IMG/VR virus record: IMGVR_UViG_3300037479_000620 | Location: 1-41,607 of that record | Strand: one strand, 5' to 3' | DNA: 41,607 nucleotides | Source: a virus | Lineage: Duplodnaviria > Caudoviricetes | Part shown: positions 35,501-41,607 of the stretch, one piece after another | How the letters are laid out: every line of letters begins with the position of its first letter | Numbering within the stretch: position 1 is the first letter of the stretch | Program-made: the position numbers and the translations under genes | Notes under the pieces: generated by a model | The model's database searches: none | What the model saw: the letters and a program-made list of their open reading frames with translations, nothing else | What the model was told of the DNA's origin: nothing

Positions 35501-36467
35501 CGGCTTCACGCTTCGCTTCCACTACGGCGACGACCCGGCGCTGCCGGACCTCTGGGGCTCGGCCGCCGCGGCGCACGAGGGCCTGATCGCCGACACGCGC
35601 TTCCCGACGTCGCTGCTGCCGCCAGGCACGCTCACGATCCTGGCGAAGGCCGTCGACGCCGACGGCAACGAGAGCGTGGCGCCGGCGGTGCTGATCAAGG
35701 ACATCGGCGGCCCGCCGCTCGCCAACGTTGTCGAGACCTACGACTTCAAGGCGGCGGGCTGGCCCGGCGCGATCGCTGGCGGGTCGATCGTGGCCGGCGA
35801 GATCGTGGCGCAAACGGGCACGCTGATGTGGAGCGGGAATCCGGCGACGCCGCTCTGGAACGCCAGCCCGGCGACGCTGCTCTGGGCCACGACCTACCCC
35901 GAGCTCGTGTTCGAAGCGCAGCTGGTGCCGCCGCCGGCGGTGGCGCCAGCGCGCCTCACCTTCGCGCACCTGCACGAGGGCGTGCCGCTCGCGATCTTCT
36001 ATCGCCGCAACAAGACCCCGCTGTGGCCCGGTTCGGCCGGCGGCAACCCGGCGGCGCCGATCTGGAGCGCCGCGCCGTCCACGACGCCGCTCTGGTCGCC
36101 GCCCGGCTACGGCGCCTGGCCGGGCGCGCTCGATCTCGAGGACGAGCACCCGATCGACATCAGGCTCGCCGCCGGCGGCGGCCCGAGCCAGGGCAAGTTC
36201 AAGGCGCTCGTCGCGGAGTTCGACGTGCCCGATCTCGACGAGGGCTTCGAGGACCTCGCGCTGGCCGCCGGCGGCACGCGCCTGCCGATTGCCAACGACT
36301 ACCGCACCATCAAGACCGTGATCGCGACGCTGCAGGACGACGGCGGCGCGGCGCGGACCGTGAAGGTGATCGACAAGGACCCCGATCTCGGCCCGCTGCT
36401 GCGCGCCTTCGACGCGACCGGCGCGGGGACCACAGCCACCATCGACGCACGCGTTCAGGGGTATTGA
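32535..36467 (+). CDS. Central tail tip/host-specificity protein (lambda J-like, with fused gpI-like N-terminus); start uncertain
   Basis: NRAKPYGVIPVHLG, LRIKATGQLNGTIQELNAIV, SRNPA, FnIII-like VGKTTRPPDV. Confidence 0.88.
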   Translation: MRLDTAFKPRSSSPAGVMRQEGRLTAKRRDAASPPGAGPVQLDFVHPLTKEVTTVRGPEGATIAELLAIAGVRHRRWGGGKCWIEDAERRREPVPVAREHFARVRPKAGTITTVMLWPSGGGGGGKDILRVILGIVVLIVAVVAASFVGPLVAPLVGEALSLVVGAVVATAITVVGNLLINALIPPSRPRTPEERLAGLAADRSAFYLQGASNRAKPYGVIPVHLGRLRRYADLAAEWFTEIVGNDQYLRGFLTWGLGRLKISDLKIGETPLSEYEGVEVRTVEGVAGDGPPQIYTDDAHTEGLSLQLTLAGGWQTRETIAGIDEFQVEIAFPAGLFLIANNDPHGTMIARTIEFDAEMAPTGTEDWTAIAWANATEFGFGTPGKIVITDKTRTGQPRRVGRAKPNPAGNPTKQWRVRLRRLNGPAGGHGSDDSYWAALKSIKHVLPLGPQLVGKLAYTELRIKATGQLNGTIQELNAIVESYVKPFDENGFTGAEIVSRNPAEHFAHVATHWSALRPIAAGRIDWFNLVEWRDACAAPAQDGEPKWMFDRVLESPSSLGRVLDEIAAAGRARRGLPGGKHGVIRDLPQTVPKQHFTPRSSWDYAIDIPFRRRLHAVRVRYNKGGLGQEAEIVVYDDGYSLDGSVPGTVAATEIETVEAIGYTREAQVWRDWRYWLAVQKLRPHSHELSADVEHLVAGGRGVLVRCTHEVPGFGLGSARIKTTSVDGGGEFTGVTIDAEVTMEAGKSYGVRFRNPAGSFYTTVATVPGVTKTLTFSVPQPASWDLRVGDLLGFGLADKESVELLLNGVSPGANLSARLFLVDAAPGVHTADTGPIPAFNPQITRPPPDARKPEVPAIRAIKSDESVLEQRVGGALVVRFVAEFNPPQGQPVPEYIQARWRRIDATPWTPGSLQPSAGLVYSGVGVVQGETYRIEFRHVAESGLASDWVGATHTIVGKTTRPPDVPTLAVAGDHVVWTYPNAPLDVLHGGGFTLRFHYGDDPALPDLWGSAAAAHEGLIADTRFPTSLLPPGTLTILAKAVDADGNESVAPAVLIKDIGGPPLANVVETYDFKAAGWPGAIAGGSIVAGEIVAQTGTLMWSGNPATPLWNASPATLLWATTYPELVFEAQLVPPPAVAPARLTFAHLHEGVPLAIFYRRNKTPLWPGSAGGNPAAPIWSAAPSTTPLWSPPGYGAWPGALDLEDEHPIDIRLAAGGGPSQGKFKALVAEFDVPDLDEGFEDLALAAGGTRLPIANDYRTIKTVIATLQDDGGAARTVKVIDKDPDLGPLLRAFDATGAGTTATIDARVQGY

Positions 36468-36470
36468 GGC

Positions 36471-37847
36471 ATGGTTGCACTCCCGCAAGACAACTATATC
36501 GGCAACGCCGCCCGCACCGAGGGCGAAGGCCAGGCCTGGCTCGAGGCGCTGCGCGACTTCGTGGCGCAGCTCGGCGGCGGGCAGGCCGATTCCGAGATCA
36601 CCGTCGCCAGCGGCGTGGTCACGCCCGACCGCTACTTCCACCGCGTCGATACCGAGGGCGAGGCCGCGTCCGACAATCTCGACCAGATCGCGCTGACGAA
36701 CCTGCCGGACGGCTCGCTGATCTGCCTGATGGCGGAGAACGCGGCGCGGGTGAACACGCTGCGCCATCTGAACGGCACCGGCACGCCGGGCACCGACGGC
36801 GAAATGGTGCTCAACAACAACGAGAACTTCGCGCTCGACCACGCCGGCAAGCGCATCGCGCTCCGCCGCAAGGGCGCCCAGTGGATCGAGGAGGCGCGGT
36901 GGACCGTGTTCGGCCGGCAGCTCGCCGGCGCGGCCGACGCGCTTGCGGTGCGCACGCTCTGCGATTTGCAGCAGGCCACCGGCAGCCTCACGGAGAACAC
37001 GGCGCCGGCGCTGACCGATCTGCTCCCGATGACGGTGGGCGGCAACCACCGCAAGGTGCAGCTGATCAACGTCTTCAATCGGCTCACCGCAGCGACCGCC
37101 CTTACTGCGGTTGCCATCGACGACGAGATCTTCATCTACGACCTTTCGGCCGGGACCGCGAAGAAGATCACGCCGGTCGAGCTGCTGAAGGTGGTCAACG
37201 CGCTGACCGAGGACACGACGCCGGACCTCGCGAACGACTTCGTCGTCACCTACGACGCCTCAGCCAGCACGGTGAAGAAGGTCAAGCCCAACAAGTTCGC
37301 CCGCGGCCTCGTCCCCATCGAGCGCAAGACCGGCAGCAGCGTCGCCTCCTACGATTTCGTCACCGGCATCGGCAGCACGTATCGCAGCTATCTCCTGGCC
37401 GGGCGGCTGCGGCCCGCGACGGACCAGGTCATTTTGCGGATGCGGATTTCCGACGACGGCGGCTCGACCTTCGAGAACGGCGCTTCGCAGTATGGCTGGT
37501 TCACGATGGGCCAGTGCGCCGCGAACACCAGCGGCGGGTTCTACGACGAGTTCGACGACGCCGACTCCGAGATGGAGATCTTCCTCTCCACCACGACGTT
37601 CCTGATCGGCAGCGGCGCGGCGGAGGGCATCAGCTTCGCGATCTGGTTCCACGAGCCGTCGAGCACGGCGTTCATGAAGCGCTTCCACGGAGACTTCAAC
37701 TACACGATGTCCACCGGCGAGATGGCGGGCGGCGTGTTCGGCGGGACTTCCCTCACGACGGCCGCCATCAATGGCGTGCAGCTCCTTTTCAGCAGCGGCA
37801 ACATCCAATCGGGCGACGTGACGCTCTACGGGGTCGACAATGTCTGA
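36471..37847 (+). CDS. Tail fibre-like protein
   Basis: Follows J; internal repeats LTENTAPALTD/LTEDTTPDLAND; C-terminal AINGVQLLFSSGNIQSGDVTLYG. Confidence 0.65.
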   Translation: MVALPQDNYIGNAARTEGEGQAWLEALRDFVAQLGGGQADSEITVASGVVTPDRYFHRVDTEGEAASDNLDQIALTNLPDGSLICLMAENAARVNTLRHLNGTGTPGTDGEMVLNNNENFALDHAGKRIALRRKGAQWIEEARWTVFGRQLAGAADALAVRTLCDLQQATGSLTENTAPALTDLLPMTVGGNHRKVQLINVFNRLTAATALTAVAIDDEIFIYDLSAGTAKKITPVELLKVVNALTEDTTPDLANDFVVTYDASASTVKKVKPNKFARGLVPIERKTGSSVASYDFVTGIGSTYRSYLLAGRLRPATDQVILRMRISDDGGSTFENGASQYGWFTMGQCAANTSGGFYDEFDDADSEMEIFLSTTTFLIGSGAAEGISFAIWFHEPSSTAFMKRFHGDFNYTMSTGEMAGGVFGGTSLTTAAINGVQLLFSSGNIQSGDVTLYGVDNV

Positions 37848-38277
37848 GCGCATCTACACCAGGGACGGAAACGGCGCGATCGTCGCCAAGGGCGAAGCGC
37901 GCGAGGACGGCAAGACCTACAGGGACATCGGCCGCGATCCCGATGGCGCCACGCGGCTCTATGAGCTCACCGCCGCGGACGAGGCGGCGCGCGCCGCCGA
38001 CGAGCAGCGCTGGGCTGCGAAGCAGGCGACACGCCCCTTGAAGGTGGACTACGCGACGATCCTGGAGCGCATGAGGCCCGAGGAATACGCCAAGATCGGC
38101 GAGGCGGAAGCAAGAGACGCGCGGTTCAAGTGGTGGCTCGAAAGGATTCGCGCGCAGGGCAAGGTCAACATCCGCTCGCCGGAGTTCGCGGGCGCGCGCC
38201 AGGCGGTCATCGACGCCGGCCTCTTCGCCGCCGAGCGGTTCGACGAACTCTTTGCGCCTGCGGGCCTCGCGCCATGA
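37840..38277 (+). CDS. Hypothetical protein (possible fibre assembly protein)
   Basis: Overlaps fibre stop; globular composition. Confidence 0.6.
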   Translation: MSERIYTRDGNGAIVAKGEAREDGKTYRDIGRDPDGATRLYELTAADEAARAADEQRWAAKQATRPLKVDYATILERMRPEEYAKIGEAEARDARFKWWLERIRAQGKVNIRSPEFAGARQAVIDAGLFAAERFDELFAPAGLAP

Positions 38278-38762
38278 AGGAGAGCGATCGCGACGCCACC
38301 GACAAGAAGACGATCCGCGCCTTCGGCCGGGCGGCGCTGCTGATGGCGCTGATCGTGCTCATCCTCGCGGTCGTCGGCGTTCTCGCCGAGGCGCGCGTCG
38401 CGCGCCCGAGCGGCGAGCTTACGGGAGAAGCGCCCGTCGCTCGCCCAGAGGGCGAGCTTACGGGAGAAGCGCCCTCGGGCGCTTCTCCAATGGATGGGCA
38501 CCTTGTGCCCATCCACGGCGACGCCGGTTGGATCAACCGCGGCGGCTATCGCAACGAACGGGGCGATCACTGCTGCGGCAAGGACGACTGCTTCGCGATC
38601 CCGCCCGAGCACGTGGGCGAAACCAGCGAGGGCTATCACCTGCACTTCCACGGGCTCGTCGTGCCGCACCGACAGGCCCAGAACAGCGAGGACGGGCGCT
38701 ATTGGGCCTGCTGGTCGGGCCCGCGGCTGCGCTGCTTCTTTCGCCCGCATCGGGGCTTCTGA
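38274..38762 (+). CDS. Membrane-anchored/secreted Cys-rich protein
   Basis: TM segment then CCGKDDC...SEDGRYWAC...RCFF. Confidence 0.65.
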   Translation: MKESDRDATDKKTIRAFGRAALLMALIVLILAVVGVLAEARVARPSGELTGEAPVARPEGELTGEAPSGASPMDGHLVPIHGDAGWINRGGYRNERGDHCCGKDDCFAIPPEHVGETSEGYHLHFHGLVVPHRQAQNSEDGRYWACWSGPRLRCFFRPHRGF

Positions 38763-39064
38763 TGGGCGTCGATCTTGCGACGCGCACGGAAGAGCTGGCC
38801 CAGGCGCTGACGCGCTATCCCAGGATCATGCTCGCGCGCTTCATCGCCGAGCGTTTCATGGAGGACGCGCGCCGCGGCGCCTTCGGCAACATTGCCCTGA
38901 AGGAGGCGCGCCGAGCGAGCGCGCAGAGCTTCGCCATCTTCGCCGCCGAGAGGAGTGCGGCGGACCGCGCCGCGGCGGCCGAGCGGGCGCGCGAGCGGCG
39001 CTTCGCCGAGGCGGAGCGGAAACTCCGGACCGCGACCAGGGAGACGCGCGATGCCGACGTTTGA
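38762..39064 (+). CDS. Hypothetical protein
   Basis: TGATG coupling. Confidence 0.5.
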   Translation: MGVDLATRTEELAQALTRYPRIMLARFIAERFMEDARRGAFGNIALKEARRASAQSFAIFAAERSAADRAAAAERARERRFAEAERKLRTATRETRDADV

Positions 39065-39368
39065 CCAAGGGCCCGGGAAGCTCGACGTGCGCGCCAAGGC
39101 CGGCGACGAATTCGCGATGGCGCTCGACTTCAACATCGACCTCACCGGCCATGCCTTCGCCGCCGCGGTGCTGCCGGCCGGCGGCGGCGGCGAGACGGCG
39201 ATCGCGGTGACCAACACCGACCTCGCGGCGGGCCAGATCCAGCTCGGCCTTACCGAGGCGCAGACGGCCGCCCTCGGCGCGGGCTCGCACCGCTGGTATC
39301 TCGCTTGGACGGCGCCTGGCTCGGTCAAGCGCACCGTGCTCGCCGGGCAGTTCCTGCTGCTGCCGTGA
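39051..39368 (+). CDS. Hypothetical beta-rich virion-like protein
   Basis: KAGDEF...IDLTG...GQIQLGLTEAQTAAL...RTVLAG; SD GGGAG. Confidence 0.65.
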   Translation: MPTFDQGPGKLDVRAKAGDEFAMALDFNIDLTGHAFAAAVLPAGGGGETAIAVTNTDLAAGQIQLGLTEAQTAALGAGSHRWYLAWTAPGSVKRTVLAGQFLLLP

Positions 39369-39375
39369 GGATGGG

Positions 39376-39843
39376 ATGAGCGACCCGATTTCCGTCGTCG
39401 TCGTCTCGCAGCCGGTCGGCGTGACCGCCGTCACGGCCGGCGCCGCGCAAGTGAGCGTGGGCGCCGTGCCGGTGACGGTGGAAGTGGCGGGCGGGCGCGG
39501 CGCCTCGGGCAGCAACAGCTTCACGCGCGGCGTCTCGTTCGTGAATCCGGCCGGGCCGCTCGACATCGTCGGCTGGCGCGCGCCCTTCGCCTGCACGGTG
39601 ACGGCCGTGCGCGGCTACCGCGTGGGCGGCACGGGCGCGGCCGTCAACGCGCGCAAAGCGGGCGCCGGCACGCATCTCGCGGCGGCGCTATCGCTCGACA
39701 GCGCCGGCGCCTGGCTCGCCGGCGGCGCGGTCGAGAACGCCGACTATGCCGCCGGCGACACGCTCGAGTTCATGCTCGTCTCGGTGGCCGGCGGGCCGGG
39801 CCAGGTGGCGATCCAAGTGGACTTCGCGCGGAGCGGCGTATGA
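39376..39843 (+). CDS. Hypothetical beta-rich protein
   Basis: RAPFACTVTAVR...AAGDTLEF; SD GAGG. Confidence 0.6.
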   Translation: MSDPISVVVVSQPVGVTAVTAGAAQVSVGAVPVTVEVAGGRGASGSNSFTRGVSFVNPAGPLDIVGWRAPFACTVTAVRGYRVGGTGAAVNARKAGAGTHLAAALSLDSAGAWLAGGAVENADYAAGDTLEFMLVSVAGGPGQVAIQVDFARSGV

Positions 39844-40028
39844 GCAGCGACGCGATGCGCATCGCCGAGATGAAGCGCTGGCGGCTCGAGAAGCGCGACG
39901 CCGGCGGCGAGATTTTCGAGATCGTGGAGGGCGGCGGCGGGCGCGCGCCGCGCGTCGTCTTCCGGCGGCCGGGCGAGCCGGCCGAGTCCTACGCCAAGCT
40001 CCCACACGAACAACCCGAAGAGGATTAG
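39840..40028 (+). CDS. Small hypothetical protein
   Basis: ATGA coupling. Confidence 0.5.
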   Translation: MSSDAMRIAEMKRWRLEKRDAGGEIFEIVEGGGGRAPRVVFRRPGEPAESYAKLPHEQPEED

Positions 40029-40031
40029 ACG

Positions 40032-40415
40032 ATGCCTTTGACCAACGCAGGCCGCGACGACATCGCCAAGGCGCTGATCGCCGATTCGTTCACCGCCTTC
40101 AACAACGCCAACGCCCGCATCGGCGTGGGCGACAGCAGCGCCGCCTTCGCCGCGGGGCAGACGGACCTCCAGGCGAGCACGAACAAGCTTCGGAAGGCGA
40201 TGGAGGCGAGCTACCCGCAGCGCGCGGCGAACGTGCTGACCTTCCGCTCGCTGTTTGGCACCGGCGACGCGAACTTCGCCTGGGAGGAATGGGGCGTGTT
40301 CAACGCCGGCTCGGGCGGCACGATGCTGAGCCGCAAGGTGGAATCGCTCGGCACGAAAACGAGCGCGCAGAGCTGGCAGATGACGGTGGACATCACCGTG
40401 AACATCGGGTCGTGA
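40032..40415 (+). CDS. Virion/tail-associated hypothetical protein
   Basis: LTNAGR...IGVGDS...ANFAWEEWGVFNA..GGTMLSRKV; SD GAGG. Confidence 0.7.
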   Translation: MPLTNAGRDDIAKALIADSFTAFNNANARIGVGDSSAAFAAGQTDLQASTNKLRKAMEASYPQRAANVLTFRSLFGTGDANFAWEEWGVFNAGSGGTMLSRKVESLGTKTSAQSWQMTVDITVNIGS

Positions 40416-40419
40416 GCCC

Positions 40420-40758
40420 ATGACCGTCTCCGCCAAATCCTCGGGCACGCAGGCCTGCACGATCGGGATCGAACACACGCTGACGACGATCACCGATGCC
40501 GGTGTCTACGAGCTGAATCTCGACATCTCGGCGCTCGTGGGCGGCTCGACGCCAGACATCCTCGAAGTGCGCGAGAAGCGCAAGACGCTCAGCGGCGGCA
40601 CGCAGCGCGAGGAATTTTGCGAGAGTTTCGTAGGCGGCGCGTGCCCGCCTATGGTGACGTTCCGCGCGAAGCTCACGACGATCGAGGTCGTCTACACGAT
40701 CAGGCAGACGCAAGGCACTGGCCGCTCCATCCCGTGGTCGGTCAATCACGTGACTTGA
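40420..40758 (+). CDS. Hypothetical protein
   Basis: 112 aa, Thr-rich beta composition. Confidence 0.6.
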   Translation: MTVSAKSSGTQACTIGIEHTLTTITDAGVYELNLDISALVGGSTPDILEVREKRKTLSGGTQREEFCESFVGGACPPMVTFRAKLTTIEVVYTIRQTQGTGRSIPWSVNHVT

Positions 40759-41607
40759 ATGCTCGGCGGCGCTAATTGGTCACCGTGGAACGGCGGGGCG
40801 CGCGCCCAGACGCTGGGCGTCACCACGGCGAGCGCCACGACCGGCACGACGGTCACCGCTGGCGGTTCAGCCAACACCAAGGGCTCCTGGGTCGATATCG
40901 GCGGCACGACCGGCTTTTCCTGGAAGCGGCTTCTGGCCGCGATGATCGCCAACAGCGGCGCTGTCGATTTCGTCGTCGATATCGGTATCAACGTCGGGGG
41001 CAACCGTTTCGTCATTGCCGAGGATTTGCGCTTCGCTTCTTCGCGTCGCATAGCAAGCGAAGGCATACAGTATTGCGACCTTCCGCTGTTCGTGCCGGCG
41101 GGGGCGCAGCTCTCGGCCCGGTGTGCCGGCTCTAGCGCATCCGCCACGTTGCAACTCGCGATCACCGGCTTTTCTGCCGGGCTTGCGGGCATGGCGCCGT
41201 TCAGCCGGTGCCGCGCCCTCTACACGCCGTCGTCGTCGCGCGGCGTGGCCATCGATCCCGGCGCCGCGGCCAACACCAAGAGTGCCTGGGTGCAACTGGT
41301 CGCGTCGAGCGGGTTTCACTCCGCGGCGGTCATGGCCGCAATCGGGTACAACGGCGACGTTGCACGCACGGCTGCTTCTCGCACGGCGCTAGATATCGGG
41401 ATCGGCGCGTCGTCGTCGGAGCATGTACTGCTGCCCGATCTGCTGCTGGGGTGGGGTCCTACGCTCGACGGCCCGTTTGTCGCGAACATTCCGTTGTTGC
41501 CGTTGTATATCCCGTCTGGCACTCGCGTCGTCGCACGCGCGCAATGCACGGATACGGCGGCCGGCGACCGCACCATCGACCTGGCGCTCTGGGGCTTCGA
41601 GCCGTGA
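40759..41607 (+). CDS. Hypothetical protein with two-fold internal repeat
   Basis: AGGSANTKGSWVDI...DIGI...PLFVPAGAQLSAR and PGAAANTKSAWVQL...DIGI...PLYIPSGTRVVAR. Confidence 0.7.
   Translation: MLGGANWSPWNGGARAQTLGVTTASATTGTTVTAGGSANTKGSWVDIGGTTGFSWKRLLAAMIANSGAVDFVVDIGINVGGNRFVIAEDLRFASSRRIASEGIQYCDLPLFVPAGAQLSARCAGSSASATLQLAITGFSAGLAGMAPFSRCRALYTPSSSRGVAIDPGAAANTKSAWVQLVASSGFHSAAVMAAIGYNGDVARTAASRTALDIGIGASSSEHVLLPDLLLGWGPTLDGPFVANIPLLPLYIPSGTRVVARAQCTDTAAGDRTIDLALWGFEP

Larger units (their letters stand above)
468..38490. repeat. Dispersed triple-hairpin palindromic element family, ~28 copies of 50-90 bp
   Basis: Consensus GWC-[hairpin]-TT-N2-3-GGMGAA-[stem-loop]-TTCKCC-N2-3-AA-[hairpin]-GWC. 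Approximate starts: 468, 4807, 5667, 7806, 7968, 8255, 8345, 8636, 9388, 9642, 10651, 12711, 13008, 13485, 14905, 16111, 18470, 21808, 24632, 25962, 26600, 27599, 30292, 30765, 31358, 32590, 38397, 38436 (some partial). Confidence 0.88.
1..41607 (+). mobile_element. Mu-like transposable prophage/phage genome (partial; repressor and ends not in window), siphovirus-type tail
   Basis: Gene order ner-A-B-gam-gemA-mor-lysis-terS-terL-portal-F-I-capsid-gp36-tail, almost all on + strand with overlapping ATGA junctions; no tail sheath recognised. Confidence 0.96.

Noticed and set aside
32079-37049. 1656-aa minus-strand ORF
   Set aside because: Shadow of the J-like gene
468-38490. Triple-hairpin copies as rho-independent terminators
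   Set aside because: Almost none have U tracts and many lie inside reading frames
36471-41607. Invertible G segment/gin or diversity-generating retroelement
   Set aside because: No recombinase, reverse transcriptase, long inverted ends or adenine-variant repeat pair recognised by eye
1-41607. Phage termini (TG...CA), MuA end-binding sites and repressor c
   Set aside because: The window begins at the ner start codon and ends at a stop codon, so these would lie outside it

Overview
The window is most of a GC-rich Mu-like transposable (pro)phage, probably from an alphaproteobacterial host (inference). It runs from ner, MuA and MuB through an early accessory region (Gam, methyltransferase, ParB-like, GemA, Mor-like), lysis, packaging and head genes to a non-contractile (siphovirus-type) tail. 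The repressor and both phage ends lie outside the window. Three signals stand out. (1) An inserted module at about 10995-12280 consists of a predicted promoter, a C4-type antisense RNA leader, a small ORF, a stand-alone RAMP/Cas7-like gene, and a ~150-bp non-coding array of 30 phased GGY-NN pentamers closed by a GCAA-loop hairpin. This is a candidate RNA-guided system without a CRISPR array. (2) About 28 dispersed copies of a symmetric triple-hairpin element conserve pairing more than sequence, and many are in frame inside genes or overlap start signals. (3) MuF carries a C-terminal PBECR-like nuclease domain and is followed by a structured non-coding segment rather than an immunity ORF. Two matched late promoters and a -1 frameshift in the tail chaperone are also visible. 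All product calls come from motif recognition and synteny only; no searches were run.
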